A stretch of DNA of 64,000 nucleotides from Felis catus (taxonomy: Eukaryota): positions 26,972,001-27,036,000 of the forward strand of contig NC_058383.1 of the NCBI RefSeq assembly GCF_018350175.1, in the 5' to 3' direction. Shown here one piece after another: positions 12,490 through 25,057 of this stretch; position 1 is the stretch's first letter, and each line of letters starts with the position of its first letter. The position numbers and the translations under genes are program-made. The notes under the pieces were generated by a model that was not told the origin of the DNA, did no database searches, and saw nothing but the letters and a program-made list of their open reading frames with translations.

Positions 12490-12990
12490 GAGCTCCAAGG
12501 AACTGTATAAAATGGAAGGCTTTCATAAGCAAAAGGGGAAAGAAAAAAGGAAGTTTCTGGCAAAGAGTGGATTGCTTGAGGCAGTGTCACCTTCCTTTGG
12601 GGAAAGGCAGGTGTCAGGCAGATTACCTCACTCGTGCTGACCAGATAATTTTTTTTTTCAACGTGTTTTTATTTTTGGGACAGAGAGAGACAGAGCATGA
12701 ACGGGGAAGGGGCAGAGAGAGAGGGAGACACAGAATCGGAAACAGGCTCCAGGCTCTGAGCCATCAGCCCAGAGCCTGACGCGGGGCTCGAACTCACGGA
12801 CCGCGAGATCGTGACCTGGCTGAAGTCGGACACTTAACCGACTGCGCCACCCAGGCGCCCCTAGATAATTTTAATTTGACTGGTTAAAGGTTATATTCCT
12901 GGAGGAGGCTGAAACTGCATGTGGGTCACATGTTAAATCTTAGTTTGCTGATGTGGGGCTTAGCACAAGTGACTCCATTTTGCTACTGTC
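12490..12990 (-). mobile_element. Possible ERV1-class LTR remnant, interrupted by a SINE
   Basis: Reverse strand reads caaaatggagtcacttgtgctaagccccacatcagcaaact, resembling the 5' part of some ERV1 LTRs; family not certain. Confidence 0.45.
12651..12861 (-). mobile_element. Young feline Can-SINE (SINEC_Fc-like)
   Basis: Full length, CpGs largely intact; TSD agataatttt on both sides. Confidence 0.95.
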
Positions 12991-14539
12991 CTTTCCTTTA
13001 AAATGTCATTTAAACCAGTCTGAGTTGGGATGTGTGTCATTGCTGGCAAAAGCATTCTAACAGGTACAGATGTGAATGGGTGTCTGACATTGTAACATTC
13101 CAGGAGAGAGAGCTGGGCTGGACAGTCGATCAGGGTGATACTTTAATGTTCCACTTTCTGCAATGCATTGCGGGCTCTCCCTCCACTCAGGGGTCTCTAA
13201 TTCTTACAGAATTTTCATGGACTGTAGCATCGTTTGGGAGACCAAGACACATAAGGGACGATTCTTCTTTTTACAGTTAAATCCAGAGAGAGTGTCTGCC
13301 TGCTGTGTGGGTAATACCATCTATTCCTGGTTCCTGCCTTCCTGTCCTTGCCTGTACACATACACACATGCCTCTAGACCCCCCGGAATGACTTTGTTAT
13401 GTGTAAGCGGAGTTGGACATGGTGATGGATGTGAAAACTGGCAAGCTGGAACAGCAGAAAAAGCAAGTGGAGCGGAAACCGCTCTCAGCAACGGATGCAG
13501 GACTCTCAGGCCGCCTGTCTCGGGCTCTCACATCTCACTTGTCTCGTTGCAGAGGCTGTACCTCTACCTTGTTCGACATTGACTAAGACTGATGAAAATC
13601 CTTTAAATTGTTCTTGTTGACAAGATTTGCTATAGAGCATTTTAATGACTAAACAAAATTATGGTGCAGTTTCCCCTCATTGAAGACAAAACCAAGCCTG
13701 TGCGGTTTCCAGTGTGTATGTTAAGCAAGTGACTTAACATCTTTAAGGAATTTGGTGCCTGGAATCTGCTGGAGAGAAGCAGGACAACGGGTGTGGTGGC
13801 GTTGTTCCTGGACTTCCTTCCCTTTTTACCAAGGCCTCCTGCCTGGCTTTTGTTTTCTTTGTCCCCCACTTGCTCCGTCTGCTCTTTCCCGATTATTCAG
13901 GTGGCTTGGAGGTGGCTATGAAAAACCGGATGCCATTTACAAGTAGTGTTCCCTTTCTAGATGTTCTCTGGACTTCATTCTGTGTCAGACTTGTTACACC
14001 TGTTTGTCATTTCCCTGTTCACCTTCCCTCCATGGCTCGGGTCTGAAGCTCTCCCTTAATATCACAAACACAACCTGTTGATGAGAGAGAGAGGGGTGGA
14101 CCGCCTGTGGCGGTAAGGAAAAGCACCCCCACCCTGCCAAATGGTGGCAGGGTCTCAGATGGAGCAGGGAAGGGAAGGTCAGAATTTAATGAGACTTGGA
14201 AGTTTAAGATGGGGTATTTCAAAGTGGGGGCTTGGTTAGGACTCGGTAAGGACAATAATGCAAGAGTTCAGGGTTGGTGCATATACTGAGGGGTGGATTT
14301 GAGGGAAGGGATTAAACGTGAGTATAAACTTGGTATTTCCCACTGAAGAGTTGATGAGTCTTTCTCTAGTTCTTATAATGGATATCAGATCATTTGCCCA
14401 GGCAGGAGCCTCCTGGCAAGGGCCGGAGGGGTGGGGGAGGGGGTCAGCCATGCTAACGAAGTCAGAGGAGTAGCACAAATTCATGTTCAGGTAGACAGTA
14501 AAATGTAGTTTTGGTTCTCAGTGTCCAGGCTGAGGGCAG

Positions 14540-14820
14540 ATGGTTTCTTTTCTCAGACCCCACGGATAAAGTTCAGGATGCTTAACGTGCTCAAAGCATC
14601 CTGTAAGACTTACCCTTTGCCTACCTGTCCATCTCCATCACATCTCACTCAGACCTTGCCGTCTGCAGTTCAGTGCCATTGGTCTGCTGTTAGCTCCTTC
14701 CTACCTCAGGGCCTTTGCACTTTATGCTCTGCCTGGATTGCCCCCTCTTCTTTCCATTTTTTTTTTTTTTTTAGTCAGCTCATTTTTAGAGTACTCAAAT
14801 GTTACGTCTTCAGGGAAGCT
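14540..14820 (+). mobile_element. L2 fragment
   Basis: cctacctcagggcctttgcact..ctctgcctgga..ctcaaatgttacgtcttcagggaagc. Confidence 0.7.
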
Positions 14821-15149
14821 CCACCGATTCTCAGTTGGGGTTGGTCCTAAATCTAAGTTGGGTTACCCTTTCCAGCTATTTGGTATTCGTAGGGTTTGCA
14901 AGAGTGATTTGCTGCTAATGAATACTCAGTAAATATTTGTGGAAAAAGAGACTGTGTCTCTTGGTCTTTGGGAAGAACTTTGGTCCCATGAAACTAGAGT
15001 GTGTATGCAGTGCTGATGGAAACCTTCTGTGCTACATCTACTCCCGCGGTTACGGGATGATGTGTGACCCAGCTCCTCCACGTTCAAGTTCTACCCACCT
15101 GCTTCTCTCTATCCTAGCATGCACTTCTCTAAAGTGTAATTGGCTCCCG

Positions 15150-15270
15150 TCCAGCCCTGAGCTGTAGGACAGGTGGAACTCACGCACCTCTTCCTTCCTG
15201 GGACCTAGCACAGTGCCTGGCACTTAGTGGGTGTCCTGTATGTGTTTGTAAAATGAATGAATGGCTGAAT
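15150..15270 (+). mobile_element. L2 3' end
   Basis: cctagcacagtgcctggcacttagtggg..aatgaatgaatg. Confidence 0.7.
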
Positions 15271-16138
15271 TTAGGAACAAAACTGGGATTCTGGATCTTA
15301 GCAGCAGTTAAGTATTGCCTGGCAGGAATTCGTTAATTCATTTGTTAGTTATGTATTGTACCCATATTGTATACCAGGCCCGAATCTAATGCAGTGCACA
15401 AAGTAGATTAAAAACAGCCTCATCCTCAGGGAGCTTACATTGTGCTGGAGGTGGACACACAATAAGCAAGATAAATAAGTCAATGTATGTAATAGTGCCA
15501 GGACTAGGGTGAGACAAATGAGGCACATGCTTTGCAAAATTTAAGAGAGGATGGCAAAAAACTCAGTGATTGTGATAAATAATATTGTAATGCAGTATTT
15601 TTTAAACAATAAAATGAATGCAGAAACATCAAGATGTTGAGTAAAGACCGGTGCTTATATAACCTCTTAGATAAATGCTAATGACAAAAAATACAATTGG
15701 GAATGAGGATAGGGAATTTTGTGTGGGGAGAAGTGTTGAAATTGTAGGTAGAATGGCCACCAAGAAAGTGATGCTTGGATGAAGACGTGAAGGAAGCAAG
15801 GAGCAGGGCAAAAGCTCATATCTGGGGAAAAGCTGTCTAGGTAGTAGTAATAGCAAGTGCAAAGGCCCTGAGGCAGGAGCACATCTCTAAAGGAAATTGT
15901 GTGACTGGAGGAGAGTGAGTAGAGAGGAGGAATTGGTGGGGGGCAGAAGGACAGGAGGTGGGGTTAGAGGGGTAATGGAGGCCAAGATGTAGAGGGAAAG
16001 GAAAGGGGCTGGATCCAGTGCTGCTAACTCATTTGAATGTCTCCTAGAGAGACCAGAAGTTAAAATTTAAAGCGGTAGTCCTTAATTTTGAAAGAGAGTC
16101 CACTCATTTGAAAAAATAAATGCTGCACGGGCTAAAAC

Positions 16139-16367
16139 CAGTGGTTCACTACTTGGAGTGATTTTTGCCTCCCAGGGGACCTTGGTGGCAATGTCTGGAG
16201 GTGTCTGTGGTTTCATATCTGGGCAAGGGGCTACTACCAGTAGACAGCACACAGGTGGAGACGGAGGCTAAGGATGCAGCTACAGTTCCACGATGTGCAG
16301 GACACCCCCCAACGACAGAGCGTGATCCAACCCCAAATGTCACTAATTGCTGAGGTTGGGAAATCTG
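16139..16367 (+). mobile_element. MER20 (hAT-Charlie non-autonomous DNA transposon)
   Basis: cagtggtt..cccaggggac..ggcaatgtctggag..ccaaatgtcactaattgctgaggttgggaaatctg; similar to the copy at 48853-49079. Confidence 0.85.
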
Positions 16368-17879
16368 TGCTAAACAGAACGTGCCCGTGGACGGAATCTG
16401 TTGGTGACGTCAGCAAGTTTCTGAAAATGAGCAGATGGGCCAGAGGCTCAGGGATGGCCCTCTCCCATCCAGACATCGCAAAGCGCCGACCTGTTTCCTT
16501 TATGCTTCCGCAGAAGTGATTTTCCACCGCATGCCCACCACTCTTCCTTATTAAGTAATCACCACCCACAGCCCCTCATTTCCATGTCTGTAACCACCCC
16601 AGGTACAAAGGATGCCCTGTTCACGAGAGGCAGATGGAGATCAGCCAATTACAAGCCTATTAGACTACAGCGCGGGCGCCTGCCTTATCTCATCTCTGTG
16701 GGCTGCACGTTTGAGATTGGTAGCTTTGTGCCTGTTCGTTCCTTTAGTCCCATGACTGCCCAGCCTGGTTCTCTAATTCTTGCTGTGGAGCACAGCTTCC
16801 TGTTCCAAACCAGAATCACCCCCTTAGTATATCCTAAGCAGCAGCAACATCCAGCCTTCTGCATACTGTATTCATAGCTGATTATATGACTCACTTTCAG
16901 TAGTCTTCATTAAAATGAGGTGAAAGATCAACATTTTGGATAGACCTTTGTTGTTATGCAGGAGTATGTCTAGAGCATCTGTTTTTGGTCAGAAAAACTA
17001 GAACAGTTGTTATAAAGTCAAAAATGCCTACAGAGGCCAGGCAGGTAATTGGAAGGCAGAAAGCAGGCCATTTGAAATAGGGCGTCATTGGAACTGGGAG
17101 ACACTGGGCAGGGGCTCACCCAGGCTGGAAGTATCTGTCCCTCATGTCTAGCCAATGCTGCAGAATGGCATTTGGACCCAGTGTGAGTATGCCAAGACCT
17201 TTTGACATTTCAGTAGAAATCTGAAGTCTTAAATACATTCATTTATTTTAACATGCAGGATGTCTAAAACCTTATATGTTCCCTCCATGTGGTCTGTGAG
17301 TCATCAGAGGGCGATCTCTACTTTGGTTCTTGGGAGCCATGTGCTCTCTGCACACGAAAGTAAACTGGGCCAGAAGGTTAGAAATGGACCAGGTTAAGGA
17401 GGAGGGGGGATGAACTGAAGACCTGTCCAATTCAGGAGAAATGGCATTCCCACCCATCCCCAAAGCAAAGGCTCATCAACCCCATTGGCTCACAGGGGCC
17501 ATTTGTGTGTTAGGCGTCCAACCAAGGTAAGGGCCTGAGCAAGGTTGCTTCATTTGCTTCCCACAGCACCCTGGGAAATGCTGCCTCCTTTTGTAGATGA
17601 GAAACCCAGGTGTCTCGGTAGTAGCTGCTCACGATCACATGACAAATAATAATTGCTCACGATTCCATGGGAGGATTTGAGCCTGGAGGTGTACAAGCTT
17701 TTATCTGTACCTTTTTTTGACCAATAGATGTGGCTTGGAGCTGAGGATGAGTGTTTCTGAGCTTTAGAAAGGCTTTTTGTAGTTTTCGACCATATCCGTG
17801 TACGTGAAGTGGAACAAAGCGCATCGAATGGCCAAATGAGAATCCTAAATGCCTCAAGTGCATGAGGACAGCAGGGACA

Positions 17880-18151
17880 AAGTTAGCCCATGTGTCGTTT
17901 TCCTGAGCAGCTCGCATCCTGTGCCTGAGGGAAGTCGGTAATAAATACAGCCACCCCCTACCGCTCCCCACCACACCATTCCCTAGGGCTCCCCAGCGGG
18001 CCTGAACCTCAGTTGTCTGTAGGAGTATCTCACTCGATACCCTGAATTGGTGTCCTTCCCTCCATTCTCACTGCGTTCCCCTCTCACATCAACTGTGCGT
18101 GTATGAATCCTTGTCTTTGGGGTCTGCTGCTGGGAGAACCCAAACCAAGAC
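17880..18151 (+). mobile_element. LTR16-like ERVL LTR 3' part
   Basis: Ends aatccttgtctttggggtctgctgctgggagaacccaaaccaagac. Confidence 0.5.
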
Positions 18152-19284
18152 CCAAGGGAATCTCAGGTTCTTTGGTTATTGCCGAAACTGGATTATCTTT
18201 GCTTCTCTTGAAGCTAGTCAGGTCACCCAGCCTTAGCCATCTGCATTTATTATGCAAAGGCTTACGTTGTCCTAGGGGGTAGGTAATAACAGAATAGAAC
18301 ACCAGTCTTAACTCAGACTTACCAGGAGGACAGTTCAACAATCAGAAGAGGGGGATGATATAAATCAGAAGGATTTAGTTGGTCACAGAGGAGACACTTG
18401 ATTGCTGTGACCCCTGCCACGTTCCCATGGGTTAAAGCACGACTGATTGTCCACAGTGCAGCCCTGCCAGGCGATAAGAGGTGACTTTCTTTCATCTTTG
18501 TGTTTAATTTCCTAACAACTCGACAGAAGAACTCCCTGGCCCTGCAAATTACTTTGGATTGTAACAAAAAAGATCCAGAACCCTTTTTCTATTTCTTTTA
18601 ATAGTCATTCAGGGACACGGTGTAATTGAATTAAGACACTTCCAAGAGGTGAATTATAGGATAATAATTCAGACCTTTCCATTTAATAGGAGCCAGCCTG
18701 TGGCCTTGGGTCCACTAGTTCTGAAGGGGTGAATTACTGCTCCATAACTCACAAGGTCCCATTTAAAGAGACCCTGGTTAAAGGGAATTAGCATCAACAA
18801 CCAAGTCAGCAAAGGCGATCCAAGATCTAAGGGGGGACACGGAAATGAATTTGGAATCTTGGCTCCCCACTTCAAAGAAGTCCGATGTGAGAGACTAATG
18901 TGTCAGCTCCTCAGTGAAGAATGAAGGGCCTCTCAGCGAAGCAGGGCTCTGGGTGTTTTTCCCCAGTGCCCCGACACGTGTGTGTGAAAGTCTCGGGCAC
19001 TCCATCCTTTCAGATCTGGCAAAATAACTAATTAGGCTTTCACTTAGCCTGGACACAGGTGAGGTGTTCAGCAGGTTCCTGCATCCCGGAGGAAGAATGG
19101 ACAGTGACATCCTAGGACCCCCCAGTGTCCTTCTTCCTGTCCTCCCCATGCGCATTTTTCTCACAGATGCCTGAAATTGTAACATTTGCAATTCATTTAA
19201 TTGGGTTCAACGTTAACATTCTTTCTATTTCTTCTTTTTAAAAAGCAGTCAACGTTATACATAAGTAACTGTATTGCCCTTAAC

Positions 19285-19500
19285 TCCTAGACAGATATGA
19301 GTTCAAATCTAAACTCCACAATTGACAGTCTGTGAAATGGCTTACCTCCTTTGAGGTTCAAGTTTCTTGTCTGTAACGTGGGGATTATAATAATGCTAAC
19401 TGCTTAAGGCTGTCATGAAGAGTAGAGAGAAGCATGGATTGAATACTTAGCAAAGTGCCAGGTAAGAGTAAGGCTTTGATAAAGAATAAATATTATTGTT
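19285..19500 (+). mobile_element. MIR
   Basis: gagttcaaatct..agtttcttgtctgtaacgtggggattataataatg..cttagcaaagtgcc. Confidence 0.7.
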
Positions 19501-19515
19501 GAAAACTATCCTTCA

Positions 19516-19750
19516 GGGGCGCCTGGGTGGCGCAGTTGGTTAAGCGTCCGACTTCAGCCAGGTCACGATCTCGCGGTACGTGAGTTCGAGCCCCGCGTCA
19601 GGCTCTGGGCTGATGGCTCAGAGCCTGGAGCCTGTTTCCGATTCTGTGTCTCCCTCTCTCTCTGCCCCTCCCCCATTCATGCTCTGTCTCTCTCTGTCCC
19701 AAAAATAAATAAAAAACGTTGGGAAAAAAAATTAAAAAAAAAAAAAGAAA
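19516..19750 (+). mobile_element. Young feline Can-SINE (SINEC_Fc-like)
   Basis: Full length, long A tail; perfect TSD GAAAACTATCCTTCA at 19501-19515 and 19751-19765. Confidence 0.96.
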
Positions 19751-20699
19751 GAAAACTATCCTTCAGAGAGTGTTCCCTGTGCCAGGAATCCCATAGCTGT
19801 ACTCTCTTTCAAATTCCAGAATGTGACTATCACTCCACGTAAGAAATAAAGGATGATTAATTCAATATAGTTCATAGATACCTTTCTCTAGTATGGCACC
19901 AATGGGTAGGTGGCCACCTCTGAGGTCAGTCTGACTATTTGAAATTTCTAGAAACCTAGAGAAAACTACCTCAACTCCAAAGGTTCCCATGTAGTTTTAG
20001 GAGCTCGGTACCCAGCCTGTGGGACCTGCCCCATTTTCATTCCCTCTCAGAACTTCTGCCTGTCATCTGCCAACCTTCTGCTATCTGTCCCAAACTTTTA
20101 CCCAGAGATAAAAGGAAAAAGCTTATAATTCATTACAGTTCATTAAAATGAAAATAAAATTTATTTTGCATCAAAATGAAGAAAATACATTTATTATTAG
20201 CATATAAATGGTATTTTTTAATGTCACTCTGCCTCAAAATCACTTACATTTTCAATGATCACAGCACACAAAATTAATTTTTGATAGCCTTTTGTGATTT
20301 GGCTGAAAATTCTTATTTCTTTTTGTGCTTTAAACAGCAAACTGTATCCAGTGCTATTCATAGCAAATTTTAGATAATGAAGCAATTAAAAATACATGGA
20401 TTTAAGATCTTATCTCATTTTTCCTTTGGCCTATTTCTGCTTCATTATTCATGAAGGGATATGTTTAATTCAGAGTTAGTAATTGCAGATATATCTAGTA
20501 TAAATTGTGCCTCATATTCTTTACCCATTTCAATTTATTTTAGCAAATAGATCTCTGTTTGAAAAAAGTAGTTGAGAGAAGGGAGAGTATGATAAAAATG
20601 CAGAAATCTGTGTGCATGCATGTGTGTATGTGTGTGCGTGTATGCGTGTGTTGATTGGCATATCCAAACAAGATCTCACAGATGTGAATAATTACCAAA

Positions 20700-20940
20700 A
20701 ATTTACCAAGAGCTGGGCACCATGTTGAACAATTACACATGGCATTTCATTCAGTCCTAAGAGTAACAATCTTACACGGGAGGTACAATTACTACTGTTT
20801 CTTTGCTATGAGACCGAAGCTCAGAGAGGTTACAAAACTACCTAGAAGTCACGCAGTTAGAAATGACAGAGAACTGAGATCAGAGCCTGGCTTGTCTGCC
20901 TCCAGGACCTATATGTCCAGCCACCCATTACACTGTTCCT
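20700..20940 (-). mobile_element. MIR
   Basis: gaagctcagagaggttac..agtcacgcagttag..cagagcctggcttgtctgcctcca. Confidence 0.7.
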
Positions 20941-21465
20941 TGTGTCCCGGGGCTACGTGCATCTGAATCTTGAAGCGGTTGGTCAGAGGCCTTTGAGGTC
21001 ACTCTGCTGCTTTGTCTCATAGTATCCCCGGTTCATAAAGTTGCTGGTCCAAGGAGCATGTCACTAAGTTGGTTTTCCCGTGAGCCCTAAATATATCTTA
21101 GAAGTTTATCCTAGGGAAGTAACAGAACAAGTCCGTAAGTAATGCGACTTGTCACGGGGCATTATGTACCAATAAAAAGAAAAAGAGAAGAGAAAAAAGG
21201 GAAGAGAAGAAAAGGAAAAAAACAAATAGCCTCGAAAATTTCTGTTATAGGTGAAATAAATTCTGGGGTGCTGGCTCAGTGTTATACTTTGGAGCTGTTA
21301 ACACTAACGATGAGACTCTAATTTTCCTGGCGTGTGGAAATGTTCCTGGTAAGTTGTTAAGTAACAACAACAGGTGTGTAAAACAGTAGTGTAACGTGCT
21401 CTTATTTGAACAAACAACATATAGGCACACATATGTCTACGTAAGAGGAGCAAAAGAATCTAGAA

Positions 21466-21670
21466 CAGTGCTGTCCAATAGAAACACAAGTCACATACGT
21501 ATTTAAAGTTTTCTAACAGTCGCATTAAACAGTAAACCGAACAGGTGAAATTAATTTAATAACACATTTTATTTATCCTCAGATAGCCAACATATGATCG
21601 TTTCAACCTCCAGCCGATCTAAAATTATTAGTATTTTTACTTTGTTTTTTTTGGCAGAAGTCTTTGGATT
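21466..21670. mobile_element. MER33/MER3-like hAT DNA transposon fragment
   Basis: cagtgctgtccaatagaa terminus, then aacaggtgaaattaatttaataa. Confidence 0.7.
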
Positions 21671-21829
21671 CTAGCCCAGATCATGAGTTCTTCTCCAGTG
21701 TAACGTTGCCCATGGGTTGCTTTCTCTGTAATATCAAAATTTCACCCTAATTACTTAATTATACTTCGAGGTGACCATGTTGACACTGCTCCTGAAAAGA
21801 AAACTTTAATTAAATGGAAAGTGTCTTCG

Positions 21830-22310
21830 CTGATTGCTTTACTCCATCAACACGTTGCCTTGGCCCCCCACTATGTGCTTCTCTGTTCTAGGTGCTGGGG
21901 ATCCAGGAGACGACACAATAGGCAAAATCACCACCCTTATGGCACACGAGTTCTGCCAAGGGAGGCAGATAGAAAAAATGCAAGCAAAAAAAAAAATACA
22001 CAGTATGGCAGGTGTTGATGAGAGCTACAGAGGGAACAAGACCAAGGTGTGCTTATGAAGAATGATCAGGAAGGTGTCTCTGATACAGTGACATTGTACA
22101 CAGACATGATGGAAGTAACAGAACAATCTTAAGGCTATTTGAGGGACCATCAACTGGCAAGTGCAAAGGCCCTGAGGCAGAAGTAGATTTGGCATGACTG
22201 AGGAACCATGAGGGGCCTCGGGCTGGAATAGAGCTTATTCTGCCAGTTCTGGAAATAGGAAGTAGAGCTTGAGTTAGGGGTCAAGTAGACTTGAGATATC
22301 TAATGGCCAA
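21830..22310 (-). mobile_element. L2 fragment
   Basis: ctgttctaggtgctgggga..gcaagtgcaaaggccctgaggcag. Confidence 0.7.
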
Positions 22311-22725
22311 TTTTTAAGGTGTTGGCATTACTGTGATAGAAACTCTCTTGGTCATTTCAAAGTGTTGACAATGACAGACATATTAAGGAATGCCAGAAAA
22401 GGAAGCTGTGACTCTCTGGGTCCACACAGTGCAGAGAGGAGAGAACAGGCTTGAGAGATAAAATGTAAAAATGTAAGTGACAAGGAGAGGAACAGGGGCG
22501 GCAGGGGGGCAGGGGAATCAGGAATTTATAGGCAGATGTAATCAAGAGGAATATAAACCCTGAGGATTCCACGGAAATCCTGGGATGTTAGACTCACAGG
22601 ACTTGGGATGGCAGCTTAGGCCAAATCTATTTAAAACTCAAAGAAAGGGGTAACTCCAGCTTACGTCTGTCTGGGTCAAACTTACTTAGGACACCAAATA
22701 TTTGGAGAGTCCTGTATCACTAAAA

Positions 22726-22935
22726 ATTTTTTTTCTAAGTTTATCTCTTTATTTTTGAGAAAGAGACAGAGAGTGAGCAGGGGAGGGGCAGAGAGAGAGG
22801 AAGAGAGAATCCCAATCAGCTTTCTCACTGTTAACACAGAGCCTGGTGCAGACCTTGAAATCACGAACCGTAAGATCATGACCCAAGTCGAAACACAGGG
22901 TTGGACGCTTAACGGACTGAGCCATCGAGGTGCCC
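22726..22935 (-). mobile_element. Can-SINE (older)
   Basis: Reverse SINE; gagagtcct repeated on both flanks. Confidence 0.9.
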
Positions 22936-23009
22936 TGAGAGTCCTATCCTTTTAATTTGGTTTATTCTTAGTGGATGTGGCCTGTGGTTTAAACCTGATT
23001 TTCCAGCTG

Positions 23010-23233
23010 TTTTTTTTTTAAAGTTTATTTTATTTATTTATTTATTTTAAGAGAGACAGAGACAGCATGAGTGGGGGAGGGGCAGAGAGAGAGGGAGTCA
23101 GAGAATCCCAAGCAGGCCCTGTGCTGCCAGTACAGAGCCCGATGCAGGGATCAAACTCACAAAACCATGAGATCGTGATCTGAGCCAAAACCAAGAGTTG
23201 GATGCTTAACCGACTGAGCCACCCAGGCGTCCC
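23010..23233 (-). mobile_element. Can-SINE
   Basis: T tail, (GA)n, head ending ccgactgagccacccaggcgtccc. Confidence 0.92.
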
Positions 23234-23639
23234 TCAAACTGGTTTTTTAAAATCTACACTTAGTAACAGATTTGTGGGTGAAGAACGTGAATAGGCAAAT
23301 AGGCTTTTTCAAGTAGTGCATCTCCTTGGCATACATAAAGTGTTATTTGGGATGGAAGAGAGCCTGATTTACGGAAATCCTCCCTGATCCCATAGAGACG
23401 CGGAATCAAGGGATGTGGGTTCTGCCGCCCCGGCATGCAAATGACCATGCCCAGCAATTGTTTACAGCACACGTTTCTCGACTGCAGAGAAGATGGTGTT
23501 CCAAAAAACAGGTGGGATTCAGTGTGCATGCCAGTTGTTCATCCTGCCAGGAAGCCAAGCCATCTAGATGTCCTCCTAATATGCGCTCACCTTCACCCCA
23601 AGTAAATCTCTGTCATCACGTTTAAGTGCTCTAACATAA

Positions 23640-23830
23640 TGTCTGTGTTCCGTCTTGGCTGGTCACTGACGGTCTTGGGAAGGTTACCATAAATCTCCCG
23701 AGCCTCAGTTTCCCCTCCTGGAAAGAAAGAATAATTATTAAAATGAGGAGGATAAATGTGTTTGTCCTGAGGATCAAAAAGGGAAAAATCTTAGCTGAAA
23801 CTCTGGCCAGTGGCAAACTCTTCATAAAAG
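23640..23830 (+). mobile_element. MIR
   Basis: gtcttgggaaggttacc..gagcctcagtttcccctcctgg..ataatt core. Confidence 0.65.
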
Positions 23831-23918
23831 CTAGTAACACATAAATGAAAACATCTAGACCATCAGCAGAGAGCTACCTGAATTTTGTTTTATTTCTTTT
23901 CCTTTTTTTTCCCCCCAG

Positions 23919-24009
23919 AGAAAAATGACAGGGACTCACTTTCCAAGAAATTACACTATGTTCAATGACTTCCCATCAAGAGTAAGCAGTGTTCCGTATC
24001 CTGCCATTG
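23919..24009 (+). other. Candidate internal exon (91 nt) of an unidentified plus-strand gene; coding status unknown
   Basis: Long AG-free polypyrimidine tract ending ccccccag (23883-23918); donor TTG/GTAAGT at 24010; one frame open throughout (RKMTGTHFPRNYTMFNDFPSRVSSVPYPAI); no recognisable repeat. Confidence 0.65.
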
Positions 24010-24669
24010 GTAAGTATCAAATGGGCCCATGTCAGACAAGGCATGGCTTTTAATCTCCCTTTATTTGCCGTGTCACCTGTCAGTGACCTTGACTGTTGCC
24101 GGCTGCCTCGTGTTCTGCAGTTTACTGATAAGTGTGTTTACGGCTTTTGAAGTCATGTCTGCCGAAAACCACATCTGGTTCACCACCGCCTCGACAGACA
24201 CACAATGAAATACAAAGGCTAATTCTGTGGTGTGCACAATCCGTGTCTGTTTTCCCAGAGGATTCCAGATGAAGTGAGCTCAGCAGAGGCACTTCTGTGA
24301 TGGCTGGCGATCCTGGGGGAGGAGTGAGCACCGTGTGTGTGACCTGAAGCCTTGGCCCCACCGATCGGGGTGCCGTGATCTCAGACAAGGGAGGGGAGGG
24401 CGAGCTCTCTTCCAGGGAGGGCTGCGGTGCTCTGCGGCACCCCCTCCCTCCCCGTTTAGTCCACCAGGAACTTGTGTTCAGAGCCAGGCTGAGATTTCTC
24501 AAATGGAATAACCTTTCCTGCCCTAGCCGTTTCACTCGGTGAACGTAACGTGGACGTCAAGGTCGGGTGGGAGTTCAGGGCTGTAGGAGTAGTGGGAGAG
24601 GCATGTTGTGCTTTATTGGGGCACGGACGATGGTGTCTATATTTAGGAGGCCAATGAAAATATCAGCTG

Positions 24670-24830
24670 TCGTTTATGGAGTACGTCCTGCATGCCAGGT
24701 GCTAGTCTTGAGTGCTTTCCATGCCCGGACACGGTTCTGTGAGGCAACTCTAGGCGTTGTCACGTCCACTTGACAGATGTGGAGAGTAGAGCTCACAGAG
24801 GTCAAGCGACTGGCCCAAGGTCGGACCGTC
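24670..24830 (-). mobile_element. MIR (CpG-rich copy)
   Basis: ttgacagatgtggag..ctcacagaggtcaagcgactggcccaaggtc. Confidence 0.7.
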
Positions 24831-24850
24831 CTCAGAACTTGAATTAAAAA

Positions 24851-25057
24851 ATTTTTTTTTGACATTTTTATTTATTTTTGAGAGACAGAGCACAAGTGGG
24901 GGAGGGGCAGAGAAAGAATGAGACACAGAATCTGAAGCAGGCTCCAGGCTCTGAGCTGTCAGCACAGAGCCTGATGCAGGGCTTGAACTCACAAGCCATG
25001 AGATCATGACCTGAGCTGAAGTCAGACGCTTAACTGACTGAGCCACCCAGGCGCCCC
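24851..25057 (-). mobile_element. Can-SINE
   Basis: Full reverse SINE ending gagccacccaggcgcccc. Confidence 0.93.

Noticed and set aside
18316..18545. Minus-strand donor CTG/GTAAGT with a possible upstream acceptor
   Set aside because: Acceptor has a poor pyrimidine tract and the peptide is unrecognised; cannot be supported as an exon
19516..19600. tRNA-like A/B boxes
   Set aside because: tRNA-derived SINE heads, not tRNA genes
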